The notes under the pieces are model-generated. The model ran no database searches. It saw only the letters and a list, made by a program, of their open reading frames with translations, and had not been told where the DNA came from. The position numbers and the translations under genes were made by a program. DNA of 64,000 nucleotides from Escherichia phage PBM-3, in sequence record PV053165. One strand, given 5' to 3'. Shown in pieces: positions 49,397 to 58,069 of this stretch. Each line of letters opens with the position of its first letter. Position 1 is the first letter of the stretch.

Positions 49397-50337
49397 TCAG
49401 TAATTGTCTCACCTGGGATTAACTTACGGAATTGGATAAAGTGAAGCAGGTTACCTGAGTACAGGTTCCCTTCTTTATCCATGGATGTAACACCTTGTTC
49501 CCATGTAACTGGGTTCATGTTATTCACGTACTTCTCACCAAGATTCATAGGTGTAGCTTGATGCTCTGTTGGGGAAGCATGAATAGGTTGGTTTTCCACT
49601 AACTTAGCAAATAAGCTAAGGTCTTCCTCAATAGTAGAAGGACGTCCTTCAAAGTTGTTATAAGAAGCACGGGCACAGCGTGCAGCACTTACTTTGAGAA
49701 GTAGCCCATGCACTTCTGCATCACTTGGTTCATCGCGTGTAATTCGATTACGTTTGCAGAAATTATAAGCCCCAACACGGTCAATATGAGCAATATAAGG
49801 CAGATGCCATTGCCCATACGGTAGTGCTCTTGGTGTACTTTCTTCATGTGCCTTACGCATTGCTTGAGCCAGTTCACGAATCTCTGGTTGTGCATCTTTG
49901 TGGTCACGCAGTCCATAGAAATTAGCCCAGCTAGTTGAAGTTACCACTACACGAATATGCGTGAATGGTTCCAGGATACGGTTAACAATCTGCTTATGTA
50001 CTTGTCCACGTCGTAGCTGTTCAGCATACACAGCAGCAGCAGATGCAGCGTTATCCCAGATAAACTTAGCATCTTCAATCTCAGCAGGAGTGAGTTCTTC
50101 ATCTGCTTGCATACCTTTCTGGTTCTTGCCCCAGTGACTTGGCATCACTGGTTCATTACGAACCTGTTCAATTAACTTAGATGTAGGAATAGCACGACTG
50201 CTTGAAGCATTACGGTTAAATACACGGTGGGTCATAAACTCACTGTGAATGAATCGGGGATAAACCAATTCAAAGGTAGTAATACGAGTTCCTGTTTCTG
50301 GGTGAACGGAATCTGCAATGACAGTTGCCTTAATCAT
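49393..50337 (-). CDS. thyX: Flavin-dependent thymidylate synthase (ThyX)
   Basis: ThyX-type signature HR-x7-S-x-R in EFMTHRVFNRNASSSRAIP; ~310 aa. Confidence 0.7.
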   Translation of the reverse strand: MIKATVIADSVHPETGTRITTFELVYPRFIHSEFMTHRVFNRNASSSRAIPTSKLIEQVRNEPVMPSHWGKNQKGMQADEELTPAEIEDAKFIWDNAASAAAVYAEQLRRGQVHKQIVNRILEPFTHIRVVVTSTSWANFYGLRDHKDAQPEIRELAQAMRKAHEESTPRALPYGQWHLPYIAHIDRVGAYNFCKRNRITRDEPSDAEVHGLLLKVSAARCARASYNNFEGRPSTIEEDLSLFAKLVENQPIHASPTEHQATPMNLGEKYVNNMNPVTWEQGVTSMDKEGNLYSGNLLHFIQFRKLIPGETITE

Positions 50338-50780
50338 TAGAATGACCTTAGATAGTTGGTGATACCACTACGGTTTTCTGTAATTTTCTTAACCTGAACA
50401 TATACCAGCTTAAACTCACTACGGGGTAGCTCTTGCAATACTGCTATACCTTCAGTAAGGGCCACAGAACACGCTACAGCGGTTTCTTTTTTAAAGGAGT
50501 ATAAGTCTTCATACATGAGGGCTTCATACTCTTTACGGAGCATACAGAGAGCATCTCTTGCCTTATCACTTACTTCTTGTGAACCAGCAGACATAGCTAA
50601 GCTGTATATGATAAAGACTTGTTCAAAAACAAAGTCCAGTAATCTATCAGGATTGTTAGTCCCCATAAATAATTTTGTTGTGTAGGAACGAGCTTTACGG
50701 TTGAGTTCATACTCATCCTCTATGCCTTTATTGTAAAGAACAGGATTTCGTTCCCTTTTCCGTAGGAATGGGATACGCAT
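50337..50780 (-). CDS. Hypothetical protein
   Basis: 147-aa ORF, translationally coupled to neighbours. Confidence 0.4.
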   Translation of the reverse strand: MRIPFLRKRERNPVLYNKGIEDEYELNRKARSYTTKLFMGTNNPDRLLDFVFEQVFIIYSLAMSAGSQEVSDKARDALCMLRKEYEALMYEDLYSFKKETAVACSVALTEGIAVLQELPRSEFKLVYVQVKKITENRSGITNYLRSF

Positions 50781-51166
50781 TAGTATTTACTACCTCTTCT
50801 ATACCAGGGATAATGATGAGTAGTACTTTTACCTTTGAATACATCCTTAGTACGGGGATTCTTTTGTATTTGAGCCAAGTAAAGATGCATTTCGTCATAA
50901 CACGGACTAAGCCAGAACTTGTCTATGATTCGGTCTACCTTAGATTTCAGATGGGGTTCCGGTGGAGTGTATGAAGTGGCATAAAATGGTCTGCTAGTAG
51001 TCCATCCTTTCTGAACAATAGCCTGCATTGCTGTGTAAAGATCTAATTCAATTTCATTATCTACTTGATCATGTACAGCTTTACCTAAAGCAAGCATTGC
51101 AGTTTGTTCCAGCTTACCGAAGTCCAGTCCTTGCAGGATAGACTTACCATTTCGTCTGTTTGACAT
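50780..51166 (-). CDS. Hypothetical protein
   Basis: 128-aa ORF. Confidence 0.4.
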   Translation of the reverse strand: MSNRRNGKSILQGLDFGKLEQTAMLALGKAVHDQVDNEIELDLYTAMQAIVQKGWTTSRPFYATSYTPPEPHLKSKVDRIIDKFWLSPCYDEMHLYLAQIQKNPRTKDVFKGKSTTHHYPWYRRGSKY

Positions 51167-51283
51167 AAGAGTACCTGTAAATAAAAAAGCCCACTGGTTA
51201 GGTGGGCTTGGGTTAGGAGATGGATAAGCAATGAGCTGGAAGTAACTTCCACAAGCACCACTATGTAATGATGCTTAGGTTAG

Positions 51284-51562
51284 TTACTCTGCTTTACTAC
51301 CGCCATTGGTTTGAACAACAGTTACGTTTGTAACTTGGCTTTGCCCTTTGTTGGACAGTGCCCAAATCAGTGCTACTACCCAGAATACCAGTGACCAGCC
51401 TAATACAATATTGAGTACACCAATACCCCACTTGGAGGCATGGCCTCGTGCAAAAGCAATGATAGTAGGGATGAGGTATACAGCTAGTATGAATAAGAAA
51501 ACAAGGATTGCTGCTAAAGATTCCATGATGGTTCCTATGTGGGGTTGAGTTAGTTTCTTCAC
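51284..51562 (-). CDS. Superinfection-immunity-like membrane protein (Imm-type)
   Basis: Two TM helices with LIPTIIAFARGH and VLGWSLVFWVVALIWAL, resembling the phage Imm superinfection immunity family. Confidence 0.5.
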   Translation of the reverse strand: MKKLTQPHIGTIMESLAAILVFLFILAVYLIPTIIAFARGHASKWGIGVLNIVLGWSLVFWVVALIWALSNKGQSQVTNVTVVQTNGGSKAE

Positions 51563-51599
51563 AAATAGCCCAACTATGCTGGGCTATTTAGGCAGCTAC

Positions 51600-51800
51600 T
51601 TACTCTGCGTCAGAGACAGCAGTTAAAGCTTTACGAACGTAACCACGCACAGAACGGTAACTTTCTTTTACAGATACTGTTCGCCCATCAATCAGATGAA
51701 TTACAGCACCGACTGATGTCTCATCTACATCTACTACGTTAGTTGCAACAATAGTTTTACGCACGGTACTGCCAACAGGAGTTACTTGAAATACTGACAT
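51600..51800 (-). CDS. Hypothetical small protein
   Basis: 66-aa ORF. Confidence 0.35.
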   Translation of the reverse strand: MSVFQVTPVGSTVRKTIVATNVVDVDETSVGAVIHLIDGRTVSVKESYRSVRGYVRKALTAVSDAE

Positions 51801-51830
51801 GTTGTTTCCTTAATTAAGCTGGATAGCCTT

Positions 51831-52337
51831 TTATTTTGAAGGTCTAGCAGCTACTGGTTGGTTTTCCTGGTTCTGATACTTGCCATTGTAATTAGCAGGT
51901 TCCTGAACCAGATGAAATAATACTTGAGCTATCCCAGCACCAGCCGGGATATGTAGTTTCTTACGACCATGATAGACCAGTTCAAGGGTAAGATACCCTT
52001 TCCAACCTGGCTCAATCACGGTATTGAACACTGATAATGCACGTCTTGCCCACGTAGACTTATCGTGAACGATAGCTACACAGGATGGAGACATGTTGAA
52101 CTTCTCAATTGCTGAAGCCAAGGTGAACTTACCGAGATGGCGTGATACTTGATTTCCATCAACGACTTTCACCATTGGAATCAACCCAAATAAGCGATAG
52201 AAGGTAATGTCTTGTTTGATACGAATATCATAACCAGCTTCACCTAATCCATAGCTTACACCATGCTCTGATATCTTACGGTCTGGGACATCCAGCAACT
52301 GAGATGAACGGTATAGAGAATTACCATTAACAACCAT
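51831..52337 (-). CDS. dCTP deaminase / dUTPase-fold enzyme
   Basis: GYDIR, VIEPGWKGYLTLEL and IPAGAGIAQVLF motifs typical of dCTP deaminase. Confidence 0.65.
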   Translation of the reverse strand: MVVNGNSLYRSSQLLDVPDRKISEHGVSYGLGEAGYDIRIKQDITFYRLFGLIPMVKVVDGNQVSRHLGKFTLASAIEKFNMSPSCVAIVHDKSTWARRALSVFNTVIEPGWKGYLTLELVYHGRKKLHIPAGAGIAQVLFHLVQEPANYNGKYQNQENQPVAARPSK

Positions 52338-53512
52338 TATTTCATTCCTTTAGGGATATGAACTACCTCCCCAAAAGGTACGGTAGCATTGGGATTATTC
52401 AGAACACACCAGATGATAGGAATATCAAATGGTAATTCTTCCATTGGATGAACATACATATCGGAGAATATGATTGCAGCAGTTGGCTTATTCTTAATAA
52501 TCCAATCTCGTACTGGCACAAGGCTTGTACCACCACGACCAGTAATCTTAATCTCTTCAAAAGTATCTTCTTCAGTGATGTCTATCTCTTCTTGGATAAT
52601 ATCGTCGAAGGTAATTAAGGACATCTTCTTAGGATTGAACTGGCTCTTGACATAGGCAACTTCTGAGTTAAATCGCAGAGAGTCAGCACTACTAATGGAA
52701 CCAGATACATCCTCAAAGTAGGCTAAGTGTCGTAGACGTCCTTCATCATCTTCCATGGAAGGTAGATAGATGTCAGTGTAACGACGGTTAGGTCTGGCCC
52801 ACGTATAATGAGTATCGTCAATGTCGGTAAAGAAGTTCATCAGAACTTCCTGCCATGGAACCACTGGTTTGAGGAATTGGGTAATAACCTCTTCCATACG
52901 ACCAGCACCCTTACCAGGCATTGTTCCACCAGCCATTTTCTGGCTCTGCATTGCACGTACTACGTTGTTGACAACAGCACCCTGGGACTGCCCCGAAGAG
53001 GGGGATTTCATGTCGCCAGCAAGACCTGCTCCAGCACCCCCTGACGGCTTCTGCCTTTTCTGAGGGTTCTTCATCAGGTCATCGTAGATGTCTTCTTCAA
53101 CCCATCCTTTATATTGAGGGTCTTTGCAAATACCTTCATCAATACCAGTGAACTTGTAACCATCTTCTTCTAACTGGAGGTTAATGAAGTGGTCACATGC
53201 CTGGTTCCAGATTTCTGGGTCACGGCTTCCACGACGGATGTCATGCAGATATGCTACATGCCAGAGTTCGTGCATTAACACTGTTTCTCTTGCGTCTGGA
53301 CACATCCAGATAAAGAAATCCGGGTTGAAGTGTAGTTCTATCCCATCAGTACATGCGGTGGGACAATCCTCACGTTTCCATGAGAACTTAAGGCTACATA
53401 GTAATGAACCAAAGAACGCAGCAGACTTGCCTAGGAAAGTCTGAGCCTGAATACGATCATATTCACGCATGAGTTGTTCATCACTAAGGGAGTGCTGAGG
53501 AAATTGGTTCAT
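52337..53512 (-). CDS. VWA-domain protein with N-terminal HExxH metallopeptidase-like domain (DUF2201-like)
   Basis: HELWH motif near the N-terminus, Gly-rich linker, C-terminal VWA-like region. Translationally coupled to the upstream MoxR-type ATPase. Confidence 0.55.
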   Translation of the reverse strand: MNQFPQHSLSDEQLMREYDRIQAQTFLGKSAAFFGSLLCSLKFSWKREDCPTACTDGIELHFNPDFFIWMCPDARETVLMHELWHVAYLHDIRRGSRDPEIWNQACDHFINLQLEEDGYKFTGIDEGICKDPQYKGWVEEDIYDDLMKNPQKRQKPSGGAGAGLAGDMKSPSSGQSQGAVVNNVVRAMQSQKMAGGTMPGKGAGRMEEVITQFLKPVVPWQEVLMNFFTDIDDTHYTWARPNRRYTDIYLPSMEDDEGRLRHLAYFEDVSGSISSADSLRFNSEVAYVKSQFNPKKMSLITFDDIIQEEIDITEEDTFEEIKITGRGGTSLVPVRDWIIKNKPTAAIIFSDMYVHPMEELPFDIPIIWCVLNNPNATVPFGEVVHIPKGMK

Positions 53513-53516
53513 TATT

Positions 53517-54569
53517 TTATCCGTGAAGGTAACGAGAGATATTAGCAGCAGCCTTACGCCATTCAGGGGTAGCCTGAAGTTCTGGTAATGCTCTGCCTAC
53601 TGTACGGAAGTACAGAATCTTATGGGTGAACGTTTTAAAGCGTTCGATGTACTGAAGAACATCAGCGAAGTTTTCCTCAGTGGTTTTGTTAGCCAGATGG
53701 TTAACGGTAGCCCAGCACAGGTTGTTATCTTCTGGTAGTGCACAGCCCAAAGGGTCTTTTACTACCTTCTCAATCGTAATCATACGATTGTATACCTGAG
53801 TAAACTGAACAAATTCTGTAGCCTTACCAGCAGTAACGTGTCCTGCATAGTAGATAGAATCTTCGTCAGGCAGAGCACCTTCAGGACGGTTCTTGAGGTC
53901 TTTATTAACAAAGTCCCAGGTACGAGGACAACAGAACGTTTTGTTCTTATGGGCTGGGTCAAAGTCATGCAGATAACCTGGATTAGCATGTAGGAATGCA
54001 ACCAGGCGTTCATCCCATTGTTGTGGAATCATTACGTCTTCAACAAAGATGTCGAAGTTAAGTTCCATTTCGAAGTGGACAACACGAGACTGCATTGCAG
54101 TACCCAGTGGGTTAACAATGGCACGGTCAGTAGCCTTGTTACCAGCGCAGATAATCATCACATTAGGATGGAGTTTTTTCTGACCAGTCATACGGTCTAG
54201 AATCAGTTTATATGCAGCAGCTATTACTTCTTTGCGAGCAGATGGGAACTCATCAAGGAACAAGAGCCAACCATTATATCCTTCTGGTATTTCATCCCCC
54301 TCAATAGGGAATAAATCAGCGAATGGGATAAACTCTGCACGGTCACCATTACGGAATGGTAAACCAGATAAGTCTTCCGGGGCAGAAGTAGACAGACGAT
54401 GGTCTATCAGCTTCATACCAAATTCTTCTGCAACAGAACGAATAATTGCAGATTTACCCATGCCTGGTGATGAAGTCAGGAATGGTACGTTACCTGCTTG
54501 CAGGGCACGAATAATAAAGTTACGGGCCTGACGTGTATTACATACGGTCAGTGAGTCAATGCTCGCCAT
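53517..54569 (-). CDS. MoxR-like AAA+ ATPase
   Basis: Walker A SSPGMGKS, Walker B LLFLDEF; ~350 aa; paired with a VWA protein. Confidence 0.65.
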   Translation of the reverse strand: MASIDSLTVCNTRQARNFIIRALQAGNVPFLTSSPGMGKSAIIRSVAEEFGMKLIDHRLSTSAPEDLSGLPFRNGDRAEFIPFADLFPIEGDEIPEGYNGWLLFLDEFPSARKEVIAAAYKLILDRMTGQKKLHPNVMIICAGNKATDRAIVNPLGTAMQSRVVHFEMELNFDIFVEDVMIPQQWDERLVAFLHANPGYLHDFDPAHKNKTFCCPRTWDFVNKDLKNRPEGALPDEDSIYYAGHVTAGKATEFVQFTQVYNRMITIEKVVKDPLGCALPEDNNLCWATVNHLANKTTEENFADVLQYIERFKTFTHKILYFRTVGRALPELQATPEWRKAAANISRYLHG

Positions 54570-54603
54570 TTACTTACTCTCCTAAAGTTAATGGAATTAC
54601 TAA

Positions 54604-54930
54604 TTAAGATTTAATACATGGGTAGGCTGTATCAATTGCCATTAGAACCATGTCTGATGGCACTTTTACTGCATTAACCTTTCGGTCGTACAGGATAATA
54701 GTGGCTACTTTGTCAAAGACATTTCCTAACTTCAAACTATCTGGTACGCAGTTCTTTCCCGCTTCTACACCCATAGTAACCATGCCCATGAAGTAACCCT
54801 GGTTCACAAAGTTTGCATTATTGGCTTTGTAATCAGCAGCAGCTTCCAACAAGGTTTCACGGCTGGATGCTTGAGCATTGAATGACAGAGCTGATAAAGC
54901 TACTACAGCAACAGCAATTAAAGTTTTCAT
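54604..54930 (-). CDS. Secreted/periplasmic small protein
   Basis: Sec-type signal peptide MKTLIAVAVVALSALSFNAQA. Confidence 0.45.
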   Translation of the reverse strand: MKTLIAVAVVALSALSFNAQASSRETLLEAAADYKANNANFVNQGYFMGMVTMGVEAGKNCVPDSLKLGNVFDKVATIILYDRKVNAVKVPSDMVLMAIDTAYPCIKS

Positions 54931-55116
54931 TTAGTTACCTTTTAATTCGTTGAGTTGAAGTACTCCGGTAGGGGTTAATGACCACCCAAGACCAGCATTA
55001 AACTGCACTAAGCCCAGCTTCTTAAGAGACTGTGCGGTTTTGTTATTACGGTTACTGGTGGCAGAACCACCTTGAACCATACGAAGGAAGATTGCTTGGG
55101 ACTGAGTAAGTTTCAT
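54931..55116 (-). CDS. Hypothetical small protein
   Basis: 61-aa ORF, coupled to neighbours. Confidence 0.3.
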   Translation of the reverse strand: MKLTQSQAIFLRMVQGGSATSNRNNKTAQSLKKLGLVQFNAGLGWSLTPTGVLQLNELKGN

Positions 55117-55301
55117 TTCTTCTCCGGTACAAACTTCATTACACAGTTTTGATTGCGAGGGATATTCAATTCACATTCATGCTTGAGGGTTTGTGTTACA
55201 GAATTTGGAGTAGAACCAAAGTAGGTATTAGAAATAGCTACAAATCCTGCACCTATTAAACCACCCAGTAAGAACGAGAAGAATGCAATCTCTTTATACA
55301 T
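55113..55301 (-). CDS. Small membrane protein
   Basis: Single TM helix FFSFLLGGLIGAGFVAI. Confidence 0.35.
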   Translation of the reverse strand: MYKEIAFFSFLLGGLIGAGFVAISNTYFGSTPNSVTQTLKHECELNIPRNQNCVMKFVPEKK

Positions 55302-55326
55302 TTCCTGGCTCCAGAATGTTTAAGTC

Positions 55327-55358
55327 AAAAAAAGACCTCCCTTCAATAGGGAGGTCAA
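55327..55358 (-). terminator. Rho-independent terminator
   Basis: On the - strand: GACCTCCC-TATTGAA-GGGAGGTC followed by TTTTTTTGAC. Confidence 0.55.
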
Positions 55359-55406
55359 ACTTGAGGGTTTCATTTCAGGGTTTATGACCCCAAACAAAGA
55401 ATACCC

Positions 55407-56240
55407 TTATTCTGCAACAGTAATAGCGATGGTTACATCGACCGTACCGTTGGTAACTACTACAGAAGTAGCTTCACCAGCAGCTACAGGTTTAACTGTC
55501 AGTACGTTACCAGAAATGGTAGCTGTAGCACGGGCAGAATCCGGGGCAGTCTTAATAGACAAAGTACCAGCAGATGAACCAACAGGCATAGCAGCAATGG
55601 TTACAGTCTTACCGGCAGCAGTATCATCAGCAACAGACAGAGCCAGTGAATCAGGAGTAGCTACCAGTGAGCTTGCTTCATAGTAGCCTACTGCCAGCAA
55701 CGTCGTATCTTCTACAGTGGTTCCATTGGCATCAGTAACAATCACTTTATAAGTACCAGCAGAAGCAGCGGTTACGTTATTAAGAGTCAACGTTGCAGTA
55801 GCAGCAGATGCGTTATCACCAGAATCAATATCAGTGAATACTGCACCAGCGGTATCGGCTTTAAATTGCCATTTATAAGTAAACGGTGCTTTACCACCTG
55901 CTACATCAACATGCCAGTTAATATCTTCGCCTTCGATAGCAGAGATTACACGAGGCAGTTTGGTAGCAACAGTCAGTCGTGGAGTAGCTTTCATGTCAAT
56001 AGAGATGGCTTGCATATCCACGATGTTGTTAGGCCAGAAGCCTGCTTTACTAGGGTCTTTAGCAGAACGTTTATACAGCAGATCACGAACACCATGAAAA
56101 ATAACTAAACTATCTGGGTAAGTGGCATCCGGGTGTACAAAAGTACCTACTTCTACTGAACCACCCGGGATAGAACCACTCGCATCCAGTACAGTTGCGA
56201 CATTGGTGGTTTTGTTAAAACCTACTTTTAAAGTTGGCAT
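55407..56240 (-). CDS. Ig-like (BIG2-type) domain protein
   Basis: Start at MPTLKV (GAGGAAA RBS). C-terminal Thr/Ala/Val-rich beta-strand repeats (TATLTLNNVTAASAGTYKVIVTDANGTT; TVTIAAMPVGSSAGTLSIKT) typical of bacterial Ig-like domains. Confidence 0.45.
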   Translation of the reverse strand: MPTLKVGFNKTTNVATVLDASGSIPGGSVEVGTFVHPDATYPDSLVIFHGVRDLLYKRSAKDPSKAGFWPNNIVDMQAISIDMKATPRLTVATKLPRVISAIEGEDINWHVDVAGGKAPFTYKWQFKADTAGAVFTDIDSGDNASAATATLTLNNVTAASAGTYKVIVTDANGTTVEDTTLLAVGYYEASSLVATPDSLALSVADDTAAGKTVTIAAMPVGSSAGTLSIKTAPDSARATATISGNVLTVKPVAAGEATSVVVTNGTVDVTIAITVAE

Positions 56241-56289
56241 ATGAATTTCCTCATAAGTAAATAGCAGGATTAGTATACATGACATGTAA

Positions 56290-56325
56290 AAAAATAAACC
56301 CTCCGTTAAGAGGGTTAGTTGTTTA
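56290..56325 (-). terminator. Rho-independent terminator
   Basis: On the - strand: AACCCTC-TTAACG-GAGGGTT followed by TATTTTTTT. Confidence 0.5.
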
Positions 56326-56530
56326 CACAGTAGATAGCAAAAGCTATCCATCCTGCCATTACAAAGCAGCCAAGTGAGTATGCTCCATAGTAGTAATATG
56401 CAAACTTAGACTTATGAGCACTAACTATCGTAGACAGAACCAGTACAGATAAAACTATCAGTATTAACTGAAAGATTACTTCAAAGGGGATTAGCATAGT
56501 TGTTACCTCCAAGCAAAAAATAGGCCTCAC
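56315..56530 (-). CDS. Small membrane protein
   Basis: Two TM helices (LIPFEVIFQLILIVLSVLVL; YSLGCFVMAGWIAFAIY). Confidence 0.35.
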   Translation of the reverse strand: MRPIFCLEVTTMLIPFEVIFQLILIVLSVLVLSTIVSAHKSKFAYYYYGAYSLGCFVMAGWIAFAIYCVNN

Positions 56531-56554
56531 TCCCGAAGGAATGAGGCTAGTTTA

Positions 56555-57772
56555 TTAACTTAATGCATAATCCGTTTCAAGAATGTCCTGCCAGAGGCTG
56601 TCATCCAGCTTACCAGCAGAGAACTCTTGCCCCAGTACTTGAGACAGAATGAAGCCCAGTAAGTCACTCTTAGCAATGTCAGACAGAATCTGATTGTACT
56701 GACGACGCAGGTCATTACCATAGTTAGGGTGGCAACGGAAGCAATCATGTACAGTCATTACAGGGAATGGTTTCTTAGGCATAGTGTCGATCATATCTGC
56801 TACTACTTGACGGTCTACCAATGCAATAGTATTCGGGTCAAGGAAGTCTAGGATAGACAGCGACAGGAATCCTGACCTTTCATAATGATTCCAGATTTCC
56901 ATAGTCTTCTCTTGGTTCCCCTCAATAACGGGGTATTCACTTGGCCCGATATCGCACAGTTCCCGTACATAGGCAACCAGTTTAGGGTCGAAGTTACAAC
57001 GACGCAGCATCTCACGTACTACCATCCCATCAATAGAGTGAGTGATGTTAGCAGAGAGCATACGGGTCTTCTCTTCAGTACCCTGAACCATACGAGTGAT
57101 GTCAAATGGTTTACCCAAGAAGTTAACAGTCTGTACTTCAAGAACCATGACTTTAATGACAGCATGGAAGTTGTCAGGGAGTACCCATATGTAACGGTTA
57201 GCATCCGGGTTACCACATTGCAGTAAGAACTTGTTAAGTGCCCAAGGACCACTTGCAACTGTTTCCATTACATTTTCAAAAGTCTTGAGACGGATACCTT
57301 CCCCGAATACTTCTTTAGGTTTGGCTTCTGAACCGTAGAATGCAGTCATAACTGCCTGCTTGGTATCACTGCGTTTAATACGGGATGCTTCACCAAGGAT
57401 GTCCAGCATCTTGTGATATATAACTGTATAAGCATCACGTCGTAATGGCTTACCATTCTCTCCCATGTAATTAACTACGTTACACAGTTCAGCAGCAGAG
57501 CGGTCACCAGTCAGGCAGGCCAGTAACTGCAAGCCTGATGATGTAGCATCCAGGGCTACGGCATATCCGATAGGCTTACCAGCTTTCATATCTTTCCATG
57601 CGTTTACACCAGCATAGAACAGTGCAGATTCCTCAGCTTCATCTACCAGATTAAGCAAGTTAGCTTCATTCTCATCGAACCAAGCAATACGCTCATCCCA
57701 GGTCTTTTTATCCAGACCATAGTTATTGGCAATATCTACTTTCAGGTATTCACGAGCGGTTAACAGTTGCAT
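56555..57772 (-). CDS. Phage RNA polymerase II, catalytic (C-terminal-half) subunit, T7-like
   Basis: T7-RNAP-family palm motifs: ALDATSSGLQ (motif A), RSDTKQAVMTAFYGS (motif B, K-x7-YG), VMTVHDCF (motif C). 405 aa, matching the larger subunit of a split RNAP II. Confidence 0.8.
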   Translation of the reverse strand: MQLLTAREYLKVDIANNYGLDKKTWDERIAWFDENEANLLNLVDEAEESALFYAGVNAWKDMKAGKPIGYAVALDATSSGLQLLACLTGDRSAAELCNVVNYMGENGKPLRRDAYTVIYHKMLDILGEASRIKRSDTKQAVMTAFYGSEAKPKEVFGEGIRLKTFENVMETVASGPWALNKFLLQCGNPDANRYIWVLPDNFHAVIKVMVLEVQTVNFLGKPFDITRMVQGTEEKTRMLSANITHSIDGMVVREMLRRCNFDPKLVAYVRELCDIGPSEYPVIEGNQEKTMEIWNHYERSGFLSLSILDFLDPNTIALVDRQVVADMIDTMPKKPFPVMTVHDCFRCHPNYGNDLRRQYNQILSDIAKSDLLGFILSQVLGQEFSAGKLDDSLWQDILETDYALS

Positions 57773-57829
57773 TTTATGTTCCTTTTGCTTCTTGGCTCCT
57801 CACTATGAAGAGCCTGCTTATTGGATGGA

Positions 57830-58069
57830 TTAGCCAGCATTAAATGATGACAATACTATTCCTGGTTCCACACCTTCTGTGGCAATACCCAGGTACTCGA
57901 CGTGCACTTTATCTGGGGAAGAACACCAAGCGGAAGATAGATTCCATTCTCCGTCTGGATTAATAAGGCGAGCTTCTTCCTTAGTTGTAGTAGCTACCAC
58001 TGCGGAATCGTATGTATCCCATCCTGTATTCTCTTCCTGGCTAATGAGCCATAGTTTTAACCTACTCAT
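57830..58069 (-). CDS. Hypothetical small protein between the two RNAP II subunit genes
   Basis: 79-aa ORF. Confidence 0.3.
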   Translation of the reverse strand: MSRLKLWLISQEENTGWDTYDSAVVATTTKEEARLINPDGEWNLSSAWCSSPDKVHVEYLGIATEGVEPGIVLSSFNAG

